Below are positions 47,913 to 60,190 of a DNA stretch of 64,000 nucleotides, one piece after another. Under the pieces are notes generated by a model. That model was not told where the DNA came from and ran no database searches. It worked only from the letters and a program-made list of their open reading frames with translations. Numbering within the stretch: position 1 is the first letter of the stretch; every line of letters starts with the position of its first letter. Origin of the DNA: Amoebidium appalachense (lineage: Eukaryota; Protista; Ichthyosporea); assembly GCA_963693365.1 (NCBI GenBank), contig CAVNZM010000007.1, positions 4,337,962 to 4,401,961 of the forward strand, in the 5' to 3' direction. The translations under genes and the position numbers were made by a program.

Positions 47913-50008
47913 TCACATGGTGCCGGCTTTTGCCTGAGCGGGGCCCGGGGCTGGGGGGGAGCCGCCGGTGGCCAGCTTCTCTGTGGAGGCCACGATGACC
48001 AGACTGTCGGCCGTCAGGGACGAGCTGGACGTGGTGCTTTGTAGGCTGAGCCGGCCCAGCCGAGCCCGGAAGCTGCTCCGCTGGTCTTTGCGCTCACGGG
48101 CACGCTGGCGAGCCTCGCAGCGCTCGCGATACTGCTCAAAGTCGGCGGTCCGCTGCAGGCGCGTGAACGAGTCGAAGAAGATGAGCGAGTAGACCTCCAG
48201 CTGGGCCACGTCAAACAGCCCCTGCAGCTTGGCGTGCTGGTCTTTCGGCAGCTCCTTGCCCTGCACCGCCCTTGCCTGCGGCTGCTTAAGTGCCTCGTTT
48301 ATCTCCCCAGATGTTTGGCTGGAGATGTTGATCTGCACCAAGTATGTGTGAGCTGTTGCTCTGCCCATGGACGGACAGGCTGGTCAAAGCCACAATCACT
48401 TGTGTGATAGCCCTACCTAGAACACCTGTAGTGGATGTGCATGCAAGAGCGAAAGGGAGGCTGAGAACAGGTTACCTTGAACATGGCGTTACTTGCAACA
48501 TACACGCGGTGCAGACCCACAGCCAGCTCCAGGTCTGGGCAGGCACGGTAGTCCTCGACGGCCTGTAAGGGCACTGTCAGCACCTGCTTCAAACCCTGTG
48601 CACCATAGAATTCCCGCCAGCACACCTGCCAGAAGAACAGGTTCTCGAGGCTGAACTCCTCAGTCAGCTCCCGCAGCAGCAGCAGCAGGCCCTCGCCGTC
48701 GGTCAGTATGGTTACAAAGTCCTGCATGCTGGTGTTGGTGCTGGCCAGCGAGTTTGCCAGCCGTGGGTTGGACGTGGGGAAGAGCTGCAGCAGCCGCACC
48801 ATGTTGGCTGCCAGCTTGGCCCTCTCCTTGCGACCCAGGTGCCCGGCCTGCGCCCTGCACGCCCGCAGCCGTTGGCACCACACACCTACACACAAACACA
48901 CCTCCAACCCCAGCAGCCTCTGCCCTCCCCCCTACCTGCGTGCATACTTGCGCAGCTCCAGCTGCACCATGACCTGGCGGGCAAGCAGGGCCACGGCCTT
49001 GCGCTGTGCTGCCGTCAGCTTCTTGGGCTCCACGTCAATGGCACACAGCGTGCCCAGCGCCTGCCCGTCAGGAGTCACCAGAGGTATGCCGTGGTACGAG
49101 CGGATAAGTGGGCCTCCTGTCACAAGCGGGTTCTTGCAGAAGCGATCGTCCTGCGAGCAGCGTATGAGCACTTCCGTTGCCTTCCCGAGAATAACTGCCA
49201 AAGAGCTATAGCTGCAAGAACATGACCAGCAACTCCGCCTGTTCTCCCTGTATTACTTTACTTCCCCTCCCTAAACACAGCAGGCAACACACCTGCAGGG
49301 TGTCCGAAACCACAAAGTCGCTGGTGGGGTCCAGTATGGCGTGGGCACAGAAGGCGGCGTCTCTGCTGGTCTCGTGGCACCCCAAGCCGTGTTCGGAGAA
49401 GAAATACTGCCGGTTGGTGTCGATGATGGATATGGCCGAGTAGCGCACGTTGCAGATCACAGACACGAGGGTTGTGATCACGTCAAAAAGGTCCCCGCCT
49501 AACTCGTCCAGAAGCTGGAGGCCAGGAGGAATTGCTTAGTGTCAAGCACGTTCAGGCCACTCTAATACCACCCTTTTCAATACAACTTTTCTATAGAGTC
49601 TGTACCATCAAAGCACCCATAAAAATCTGTGTATGAAAGCGCTACATTTCCACATTATCTGTATGAATTAACTGCTACACACGCACAGTTGCGTCACAAG
49701 GCACAAGGTGGCCTTTTGCAGTGAACTACCGACTTGAAACATAGATCACTCAGCTGTATACGCTGGAAGTTGTTCTCAAGCATCCACAGCCCTAGCTGTG
49801 CAAACCACGCACAAGTACTAATGTGCGTTGAGTTGCCTACCTGGTATGACTTGACGGAGCTCAGTCTCTGGTCCTCGTTCTTCGGGAACGGTGCTGGTTT
49901 CCAACCAGGCACAGCCGCAGCGGGCTGGGGCACAGGCAGGTTTGTGGGAAACTTGGCCACGCTGCGTGCCTTCCTGCCCGGCAGCATCGAAGACGTGCAG
50001 CCGCCCAT
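47913..50008 (-). CDS. GAF domain + RGS (regulator of G-protein signalling) domain protein, 6 exons (50008-49841, 49514-49293, 49150-48936, 48854-48626, 48562-48476, 48332-47913), ~446 aa
   Basis: N-terminus MGGCTSS. GAF: [13 protein letters not shown]|[50 protein letters not shown]|[48 protein letters not shown]: [12 protein letters not shown]|AVEDYR..YV..A.FK|[25 protein letters not shown]. All junctions are in phase (1341 nt). Confidence 0.9.
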
Positions 50009-53000
50009 GGTGGTGCAGCCTGAAGGGCTTGGGTAAGCCCTAGCGTGAGCTGCAGCTTTTGACGGTCACTTGAATGAAGCACTCCTGATGCTACAGTATT
50101 TTTCGCCACAACGAAAGAGCCTCGAGTGAGGGTTCTAAGAGAAGACTTCAAGGTGCCTGTCTAACGTTGGCGCAATGAAGCACTTAGCGTGTTGCCGTTT
50201 CATGGAATAAGCTTGGGCTTTCTGGTTCAGTTGTGTGGAGTGAGGTTACTGTGTCATTGCTGTGGTCTAAATGGTCTGGATCACCTGGGCGAAAATTGTA
50301 AAAACTCCACAGGTGACCATGTCTACTGAAGATTCAATGAACACAACCTAGCCCCGTGGCGGACCACCTGGCAGGCCTAGGCCACAAGCCAGCAGACTAA
50401 GGCACCTATGGACGTGTGTGTATATGTAGCTTCAGCCAGCTACAAGCTTCTTCGAATTCCGTGCACAGTTTTTAGACAAACGTGAGGGGCTCTGAAATTT
50501 GCTGCCGTGTCAAAATGGAACTCACGTTATGACATGAAACGAAAAGTTACGAAACTGGTTTCCTCGATGGAGGCTGCACGCAACTTCGGTGGGGTGATAA
50601 CTTGATAAGGAGGCTTTAGCTGAAACCGAGGTAAAACTTGGAATGTGGAGCAGATTCGGCACACAGGTGTAAAAAAAGTAGGCCTTTTTTTTTTAGAGAA
50701 TAGAATTAGTAAATATTCACACCCTATTTTTTTAAATCCACTTTCCTGTTTGAGCACTCAGATTCAGTAAGGTTTAAAAGGTGCGAACACAGATGGCATG
50801 TTCGTCATCATTGATTGTCAACTTGGTTATGACAGTATCGAGGTGTTAAAGCATGGTGGCCGCCGTTCTCCCTAACTTCCCAGCTAATAAATCACCCAAG
50901 GTTGATATCAGGGAAAGTGAAAATTGATCTTAGCTCTGTGCACGCAATGTGGAGCTCTCTGAATGACTCAAAATTGATAATTAAGATTTCTAACTGAAAA
51001 AAAGCCAGTTACTTTTCTCTCATCGACAATCAAAATATATTAGTCCACGTGAACAGAAGTCAAGCCACTCAAGATTTGAACCGAAATTTGAAATTGTAAT
51101 AAGCTTTCATTTTTTGCGCACCGCCGCTGGCCACGGACAACCCAACCCGCCACGCGTGCCACACAGTTCATAGTTGAACCTGGTACAGTGACGTGGCGAT
51201 GCCGCAAAAAAAAAACATCATGACATGCATTACAAAATTATACAAAGACGTAGAAACACGCTAGATTACATGTATTCGCATTTGTACCAATATAGGAAGA
51301 GGTATTCTAATATTCAAAGCAGCGCGTTACGGTAGTTATGTCAACTTATAATTATATGCATATCTGTCCTTCTAAACCAAGATCTATAGATTCGAGTCGA
51401 TCTAGCCTTCAAATGAAACCGTTGCATGGATACGAGTAGTCAAAATGCAAAGTAAATAATTGAATTCATCTAATTTAGGTCGATTCTTGACATTCTTACT
51501 CTCTTGTGATGCTTGAATAAAATATAATTTATCGCCTACCCTGCACACGGCAGCCCGGCACGACCGTGTCAGTGAGTCATCACCGTATCAGCATGAATGC
51601 CAGGATGCATTCCAAGAACCCTCAAAACTCATTCTTGGTGGTGGGTTGTATATGGACAACAGACCGGCGAGCGCTCCGATTTTCTGGAAACCCCGGCCCC
51701 CGTGCCCGGGGGCCCGGACTCAGATCAATTTAGAGAAATTCCAATACTGGCAAAGGTTTATTAGAGACTAATAAAATTGAATTTTGTTTATTTTTTTTAA
51801 CTGGTAAATCTACGCTTTTGATTATCACGTGTTCCCTACAATCTACATTTAATGTCATACTCAGAAATTAATGAAACGGTACCTAAAATAGTTCCGACCT
51901 AGGCAGGTTTGGGGGATGCCTCAAGGTATTTAGTGCATCCAATCACGACCATTATCTTTATCGCACACAGCCAATCACATAGCGTTATGGCCCAGGGGTT
52001 GAATTGTGACTCAAAGTTAAGCCCAGGGAGTCAAAACGAGTAGCGCTGCGAAGTGCTGTATTGGTTTTTCGTAGCAGTGAAATAGGCCACAATAGTGTAA
52101 TTTGGTGTGTTTTATACAATAATGGGTGTCTTCCCAGGTTAAAGGTGGTCAGGTGGTTATTTTTGGCACTCCAGAGGGGAACATATACGAAGCCCTGTTT
52201 TCTCTATCGGGGTGTGTAATTGCTCGGAGCTACCGATGCTAGCCTCTGGTTACCCATAATATGTAATGGGGGGTTTACACACTTTTTATTGCGTGGACAC
52301 TGCCGGAGGCCCAGCCACATTCGACGGCCTACTGCGTTTTCCAGCACAGCCAATCAAATGCAGCCAGTGACATATGTACATGCTAGGCAGCAACAATGAG
52401 CGCCATCGTAGTATCTGACACCCCATATTATGGGTAAGCAGAGGCTAGCATCGGTAGCTCCGAAAGAAAGTTAAGGCACCGGATCACAATATCATACTGT
52501 GCAGCATTAATAAGGTGATCTAGGATAGTCATCTCAAAACGGATATATTGAGGAAGAGAGGAAGAAAAGAGAATAAAACCGCCAATAACCTCCGGTTCTA
52601 ATACATTAGCTAACAGGTTGCATTTATTGATAGATATGCAGCCGCGAGTAAACCCCCCACACATGTAATTACACATACGAGCAGGAGACACCAGAAACCG
52701 ATTACACCGCCACGGCCCTCTGAAAAAAAGACGGCCTGGATACAGAACGGGGTCAAAAGAGCAGATTGGTATTTCGATCCACTGGATTCGCTAGCAAACT
52801 ACTATCAGTGCGCAGATTATGAAGGAAAACGGAAGGGAAAAAAAAAACGACAAAAGTTTATGAAGTGCTTCCTATGTTCTAAGGCGTTTTTTTGTCTTAG
52901 AGTAATATGCGCAAGCCCTATAGCACAAAGTTTTGGCATAGTGTACATAATAGTGTAGCTGAGTCTCAGTATAGTTATATCTATTGAGCAGTTCACGTTT

Positions 53001-53162
53001 ACACATAGTGAGCAAGGATCTGCTACAAAACTAGAACTCTTCTTTGCGTATATTCTCTCAAAGGTGTTTCTATCCACTAGGTAACATAATACTACCTGTA
53101 TGTTAAGTATTAGAACGTCTATGTCCTGCAACACTAACCACCAACCAATAAACACTGTGTAG

Positions 53163-53199
<37 letters not shown>

Positions 53200-53270
53200 G
53201 CAAACCCTCACACCTCTACCTACTGGCAAAAAAAGAAAAGAAAGAGGGTTAGAAAACACTGACAAAGCCG

Positions 53271-54494
53271 CTAGAGCTCTGCTTCCTCCAAATACGCCTC
53301 TACCATCCAATCGTACTCCGCCTCTGCTGCCTCCAGTGCAGCCACCAGCTCGTCATCGTTTCCCTCCATCTCCCACTCGACGGTAGGTGGTTCCGCCGTG
53401 GTTGCTTTGTTTTCACCTTTCTTTCCCTTCTTCCTCCCTTCGCCTCCCTTTTCCTCTGTTTTGCTCTCCTTTTTCTTCTTTGCTGGTTTTGTCGACGGCA
53501 TGCTCCCTGCAACTGTGGCGGGGACGCCTGCCCCCGCGGCGGCCTCGCTCGCCGCCAAAGCGGCCGCCTGCACTGTTTTGGCTTTCCGGTTTGCTTTGTT
53601 GGGTGCTTTCTTCGCTTGTTCCTTGCGTTGACGCACATACGCGCTCAGGTGGCAGTTGGTTGCAACGGTTATTAGTCGTTCCACTAGTGCTCTCTTTTGC
53701 GTGCCGCACACCCCACACTCGTCCATAAGTGCCTTATCGGTATTGTACCTTTTGACTGCATGTTCGCTGAGTAGCACAGCCACCGTTCTATGGCTGCCCC
53801 CCGGAAGGTACGTGTTGACCAGTGGCTTTAGCAGTGCCTCCACCACACAGTAGACCAATGTGACAATGCTCACTGTTGGTGGTGAAGGGAAAGTCAGGCC
53901 CCCCCGATTGGCGGCGCGGATGAGTCGGTAGTGATCGTCTGTGGCTCTCCCGGCCGTAGTGGTGGCTGTTTCGGTAGCTGTGGTGCTTGTTTCACTGGGT
54001 GTGTTGGTGTTTTTGTTGGGTGTGGTGATTTCGAGTTGTGCACGACATGTGTTGCAGCCAACACCGCGCACGTGAAGCGCGTGCACACAGAACCCTGCCC
54101 GGTAGGTTAGCACCTCTGGCTTTCTGACGTCTTCGCTGATTTTATAGACGTGGCCCCAGATGGTGTTGTTGTAGAGTGGGAGAATGGTCTCGATGGTGAT
54201 CGTTTTGCGTTTGCTGTTGAGTGCTGTGTTCATGTTGTCGAACAGCTGTGTTACACTTGTGCCCGTCTGCACTGCCAGCTTTGCCAGCTTCTGCACCCGT
54301 ATCCTTTTGACGGCCTGGAGAGTCTGTTCATAGAGGTGAGTTTATTGTGTGATTTGTGTATATATAGATGGCACGTGGCTATAAAAGTTTAATATGACAC
54401 ACTATGGTGCGGGCGCGCAAGCAGTGTATCATAGCATATCTTCGTGTGTACACAAGCATGGTTTAGGTATATCTGCATGGGGTTGTGTATGTAT

Positions 54495-54552
<58 letters not shown>

Positions 54553-55052
54553 TACGGTGTGTGTGTGTGTGTGTGTGTGTGTGGTGTTTGGTGTATGTGT
54601 GTCTGTGTGTCTGTGTGTGTGTGTGTGCGTGTACGTGTGTGCATTTTTGTGGTTTGAGTTCAACAGCCCCGCCCCCCCCCCCCCCCCCCCACCCCACCCC
54701 CTAATTTCATTTTTCGTTCAGTTTTCTTTGCACCCTTTCTTTTCACCACACTCCTTTTATCCTGATACCCCCCCCTCCCCCTCCCCCTCCTCCTCCAACC
54801 CCTTCTTCCGTCCCTGCCTCTCTCGCTATCCCCCCCCCCCCCTTTTTTTTTTCTCCTGATTATTTTATTCCCCGGGGCCACCATGTCATGACACCACTAT
54901 CCTATTATTAAGGTGAATCACCAAATCATCCTATATCTGTTCTGTCTCTGTTCTTTGTAATGCTGTATGAATCGTGTGTATGTGATGTATCTCTTGTGTT
55001 TCATTGTTGCAGGCAGTGGGTGGGTGGCTGAGTAGGGTAGGGGTGTGCGTGT

Positions 55053-55102
<50 letters not shown>

Positions 55103-55273
55103 AGGAGGGGAGGTACCCACCTGTGCTGTCCCAACGTTGTAGTTCCCACCGCTGTACTGTCGGATTGTGCCAAAAGCACCCTCAAGGGAGTCGGTTTGAA
55201 ACTTTCTGGTGAGCACAAAGTTGAGCTTCTCGCCGCTCACGCCGCTGTCCAGGAGATAGCGGATGAGACTGGC
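53271..55273 (-). pseudogene. P-element transposase 3' exons (55273-55121 and 54323-53271); N-terminal catalytic Asp motifs and GTP-binding region absent
   Basis: LIRYLLD..FVLTRKFQTDSLEGAFGTIRQYSGGNYNV carries the catalytic Glu motif. It splices in frame to TLQAVKRIRV...LTYRAGFCVH..CNTC..LIRAANRGGLTFPS, typical P-transposase C-terminal motifs. Confidence 0.82.
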
Positions 55274-55392
55274 CTGCAAATAAAAAGTCAGCAAAATCTG
55301 TGTGGCACCACATTTGACTACGCTTGGCATGTGAAAAACCATATGGAAACCCCCCCCCCCCCCCCCCCTCCCCACCCACCCATCCCGACACA

Positions 55393-55440
<48 letters not shown>

Positions 55441-55520
55441 AACACACTGATGCGCGCGCACACACACACGTGTCACACACACACACACACACACACAGTG
55501 TCACACACAGACACACACAA

Positions 55521-55556
<36 letters not shown>

Positions 55557-55666
55557 TTCATGCCGGTCGACTCCTCATGTGACCTTGTGTGTTGGGGGGG
55601 TGAGGGGGTGAGGGGGCGAGGGCATGAGGACATTGGAGGGGATTTTGAGGGGGGGGGGGGGGGTAC

Positions 55667-56297
55667 CATTGTCTTGCTCGTAAACGCCAGCGACCACTGT
55701 GTTTCCTCCGTAAACCCTCCAGCCGGCGTGCCGCTCCGCTATTTCCAGGGCACGGACAACAAGCTGGCCGAACACGAACATCTCCTTCTGGCGCTTCCTC
55801 GCTACTGCCTCTTCCTCTTGCCTTGCCCGAACCTTCTCCATCTTTGCGGCTCTCTCTTCCGGGTCCGTACGAGGAGGCGCGGAAGGGGCGCTCAGGTAAC
55901 TGGGGCAGTTGGGAAAAATGCTCGGGACGGCGCCTGGCCTAGGCCACGCTTTGCCACCTTTTTTAACGATGTCATGGGCGGGAAAGTGACGGCAGCAGAC
56001 CCGCGCAACACCGTGCGGGTCGAAGTTCTCAGGCCACTGCCTCGGCACAGCACGTAGCCACGCACTGAGAAGGTTCCGTGTTTCTTCGCGTAGCGTCTCG
56101 CTTTTAATGCGCCCGTCGTTTGGGTTGGGGAATTTGTAAACGAAAACCTTGTTTTGGTCGTCGTAGTTGCCTCTGCAGCCTGGAACACTGCATATGTTAC
56201 CGATTTTGTTGCTACGCAGACCGTTACTTCTCTTCTTATCCATTCCAGGCTCGGGAGGAGCAGCTCCCTTCATAAGGCCAGTCCCGCCGTCAGCCAT
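55667..56297 (-). CDS. P-element transposase 5' exon: THAP zinc finger plus predicted coiled coil
   Basis: CSVPGCRGNY..VYKFP..W.RAVPR..ARVCCRHF...PGAVPSIFP is a C2CH THAP with the AVPTIF-like box, followed by CPSYLS and a charged helix. Likely donor AATG|GTACC at 55666. Confidence 0.88.
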
Positions 56298-58473
56298 GTT
56301 ACCGATGTCTCCGTCTTTGAACCAAAAAAAGCGAGACGTAAACGAAAAACAACAACATACATGTTCTGTGCCGACATCTCGTTTTAGGGCCGGAATCCAG
56401 TGGATCGAGATACCACGAGCACAATGGAATGCGATTTTATGACGTAGTGTATCCAGGCCGTCTTTTTTTCAGAGGGCCGTGACACCGCCAAGCCATAATC
56501 ATCTTTGCGTTTTTACACCACACCACATTACGAATAAACGAATCTATGTATGAACGAGACTCTCTAACCGTATCCGCCATATAGGCTACTAGTAGTTGGT
56601 GTTTTTGCGGTCCTAACACCGGAAGGGACTCAACACGTATACGTAGAGTAAAAAGATATCTATCAGCCATAGACTTGAAACTATTCATATTCACACTATG
56701 ATCTAGCCGTACCTCCGGTGGGGTCGCCAGCCATTCCACATAACGCTCGGCAATGGGCAGGGACGATGGGGAAGGGAAGAGCTAGGTTGTGCACCCCTGC
56801 GTCGGGGGCCATTATAAAAGGGGTGTCATATACTACGATGGCGCTCATTGTTGCCTAGCATGTACATATGTCAGGGGTTTACGCTGTTTACTCGAGGCAA
56901 AGAGAACCAGTCTCAGGTATGGGGGGGGGGGTTTGCTCGGAATATCCCCTCAGCGGTATATCATGATCACGTACATAGATGTCGGGTGGTGACTATATAT
57001 CAGGGTTTACTTTCTCTACGAGACACCATAAAGACTACAAGGAGAAATCAATGGCTGCATTTGATTGGCTGCGCTGGAAAACGCAGTAGGCCGTCGAATG
57101 TGGCTGGGCCTCCGGCAGTGTCCACGCTATAAAAAGTGTGTAAACCCAAGGGAGTATAATATTATTCGAAAAATGTCTTAAACATTAAATATATTGGGGG
57201 TCTATACGGGTCGTAAATGAGACGAACCCCGCCATTACGATTTGCAATTCTAGGGTGTATGATTATTTAAGTCGTTATCTCCTCCGTATCCGAGAGTGAG
57301 GGCCTTTGTATTTTCTTCTCCGAGATATCGATGGCTTCTATTTTGCTGAGCATATCAATAAAGTCATTATAAAAAAAGCAAATAATGACAATACGAGTTA
57401 AAACGGGTAGCGCAGCCAAAACCCCACAACCCCTGTATAATATGGCCCGATGGTCTACTGTTACGTATACATCATCAGGACTGCGCAGTAAGGCAACTTG
57501 GCCGGCTTGCGGCCGCCGTTTGCCAAGTTGTAGTACGGAAGCCCAGAGCCTGAGAATCATGATACATGTCCGGCAACTGAGGCCAGGCCCCGGCGCGCGC
57601 CCCTGCATGCAGCTGAGCCTTCATACATATGCATAAGGGAAAGTAAAGGCGTCCTGTGCCTCTATACGACGGTGAGCTGTCAGTGAGGCGCAGGAGGAGT
57701 CAGGAGACTCGAGTCAGGGTGTTCATGCCTACATAGGCCCTTAGCGTTGTGCTTTGTCGCGGCCTTCATTGCCTGAAGTTGGCAAGGAGTGGTAGTATGT
57801 AGGGACACCGTCACGGCGAGCCTCGCTGACTGCTAAGCAGCAGTTTGATCAAAGAAGCTCGTTCTCTGCCGAAAGCTTCCGGCGGCTACGTAGCCTCAGT
57901 ATTTGCGCGGAACCGTTGCCTTTCTGCGGCATGTGTGTCCATTCAATAGTTTTGTTTTGTACTTCTCAGACTCAGAGGTTCCGCCGGTAGCTAGCATAGA
58001 GGTGGACGTGTAGTGTGTTTTTGTGCATCCCTGTGCACATGTGCATGCATTCATGTGCATATGTGCATTCCTATGTGCCTGCATTAATATTCACGTGTGT
58101 CTGTGTGCATTCGTTTGCGCTTGCTGGATTTCACGTGTCTGTGTGCATGTGTGCACGTCACCACTACCCGGCCGCCACAGTGTGTGCTTTCTGCAACTGA
58201 AATGAATGTGCACTGTGTGGTCGGGCCGTAGGGTTCACTTTGTTGGGCCCTTGGGCCTGCAGCCAGCCGAAAGCAGTGGCTATGTGCCTGCCTCGTGCAC
58301 AGTGTGCTTCAATTTGCTCTTTAGAATTTGTGCTCCACATGCCGACTTTTATTGGTTCACACACCTTTCATTGGTTGTATCACTCAGACTGAGTTCCACA
58401 CGCACCTCCCCCCCCCCCCCCCCCCCCCCCCCCCCTTCTCCTCCCCTTCCCCCCTCCCCCCTCTCCTCTTCCA

Positions 58474-58504
<31 letters not shown>

Positions 58505-58584
58505 AAAAAAAAAAAAAAAAGAGTTGAAGGGCCCAAGTGGGTGGGTAAGTGGGGGGGGGGGGGGGGGGGGGGGGGGGAGGATAT

Positions 58585-58623
<39 letters not shown>

Positions 58624-58801
58624 GATAGTGACACACACAGACACACACACATACACACACACGTAACACACACAAGCGCACACAAGCCCACCCGTTACAC
58701 GTCTTCCTTCTCAATAACAAGAACAACAACATCATGCCCCCTCTTCAAAGTTTGTAAGCCGCCTGCATACCTGCATTTTCCGAACGTTTTGTATGATAAT
58801 A

Positions 58802-59326
58802 ATTGTTTTCCGTTCGATTTTTTTGCGTGCTGTGCTAGAAAACAGTGTACATACTCTATCTCTCCTCCTCCTCTCACCGCTCTCTCGGTCGTAAAATGTG
58901 CACGGCCTGTGTGGTGTCTGTCTGCCTGCCGGTGGGTGTGGCTTGGTAATGATGTGCATGTGTTTCCAGTGGGGAGAAAATGGGCGGGGAGGGGGGGGGG
59001 GGGGAGGGGGAGGAGGAGGAGGACGAGGACGGAGGAAGGGGAATAACTATGTGTAAATGGCATCTGTTGTTGCTGCAGCCTTATATTTGAATGTTTATAT
59101 AGACAAGGCATTGCTGCTAGAATGTTCTCTGTACGCTGTGGCACGTGCTACATGCAGGTGAGGGCACATCCGCAATATCTTCTGTAACACATGCCCCATG
59201 TACTTGTTATTGCAATTGTACGCCACCGACTGCTGCTCACCACTACATGGTCACACCCAGAGAGTGGTGAGAGGAGGAGGCGAGTTAACGTATCACAGCA
59301 TGCAAAAAAATAGAACGGAAAACAAT
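58802..59326. mobile_element. Degenerate MITE-like inverted repeat pair (~525 bp)
   Basis: ATTGTTTTCCGTTCGATTTTTTTGCGTGCTGTG...CTCCTCCTCTCACCGCTCTCT (58802-58885) matches the reverse complement of 59259-59326, with one indel. Confidence 0.6.
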
Positions 59327-59914
59327 GCAAATGCTCTTCCTCCTCCTCCCCCCCCTCCCCCCCTCCCCCCCCCCCCCCCCCCCCCCCCTCCCCTCAGTCT
59401 CCCCGACCCCCGAGAATCATGTAATCAATTCGATAATGGCTTGGTCCTCCACGAACACTGCAATGTGTCAATGTTTCACGGTATTGAATTTGTTCCTGCA
59501 TGAAGTTGCAAGCAACACGTGTGATTCAAAAGGTGTTGTTCCCCTAATACTAGCTTGCTCCAAAAGTTTTACCTGAGTGGCTTCAGTTCCGAGCATACAG
59601 CAACGTGGCACACGGTGTCAACCAAAGAAGTAAAGTGCGGTGGCCGCCAGAGCAATCCATTATGTACTCAGTGCATGCCAATCATTTGTCTTTCGTACAA
59701 TCCATTGGGCCTGACTGGCCGAGGCCTTGTCACAAAACGCAACAATTCAGTTTGAAATTTCGAAGGTGGGTTTATCGGTGCCGTGTTGGGTGAGCCTGCC
59801 ACTATCTTCTGATGGCACAAACATAAGTCAATGAAGGTGCACATGTACATAGCTGGGAGGGCCCTCAGGGGTGGGGGTGGGGCTGGGTGATGGTGGTGGT
59901 GGTGGTATGTGTGT

Positions 59915-59962
<48 letters not shown>

Positions 59963-59984
59963 CGTGTGTGTGTCACGTGCCACG

Positions 59985-60016
<32 letters not shown>

Positions 60017-60159
60017 GCATGTGTGTGTGTGTGTGTGTGCGTATGTGTGTGTGTACATGTGTGTGTGTGTTTGTGTGTGCGTGTGCGTGTGCGTGTGCGT
60101 GTGTGTGTATGTTTTTGTGTGTGTGTGGTGGTAGTGTGTCTTTTTGGGGGGGGGGGGAA

Positions 60160-60190
<31 letters not shown>

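Larger units (their letters stand above)
52711..56481 (-). mobile_element. P-element-superfamily (THAP9-like) DNA transposon, 3771 bp, internally deleted
   Basis: Perfect 34-bp TIR CACGGCCCTCTGAAAAAAAGACGGCCTGGATACA at 52711-52744 and 56448-56481. 7-bp TSD ACACCGC at 52704-52710 and 56482-56488. CA...TG termini. Encodes THAP and P-transposase C-terminal motifs. Confidence 0.93.
52271..57147. mobile_element. Outer non-autonomous long-TIR element (~1.1 kb of own sequence) interrupted by the P element
   Basis: 52271-52366 (GGGTTTACACACTTTTTAT...CAAATGCAGCCA) is a near-perfect reverse complement of 57052-57147. 52368-52424 matches the reverse complement of 56820-56873. No clear TSD. Confidence 0.75.

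Noticed and set aside
50460-52220. AT-rich segment with several small hairpins as a Kolobok- or Helitron-type element
   Set aside because: It looks repeat-like, but I found no matching termini, TSD or coding motifs.
55575-56297. Domesticated host THAP transcription factor
   Set aside because: It sits inside perfect TIRs with a TSD and upstream of transposase C-terminal exons, so it belongs to the mobile element.
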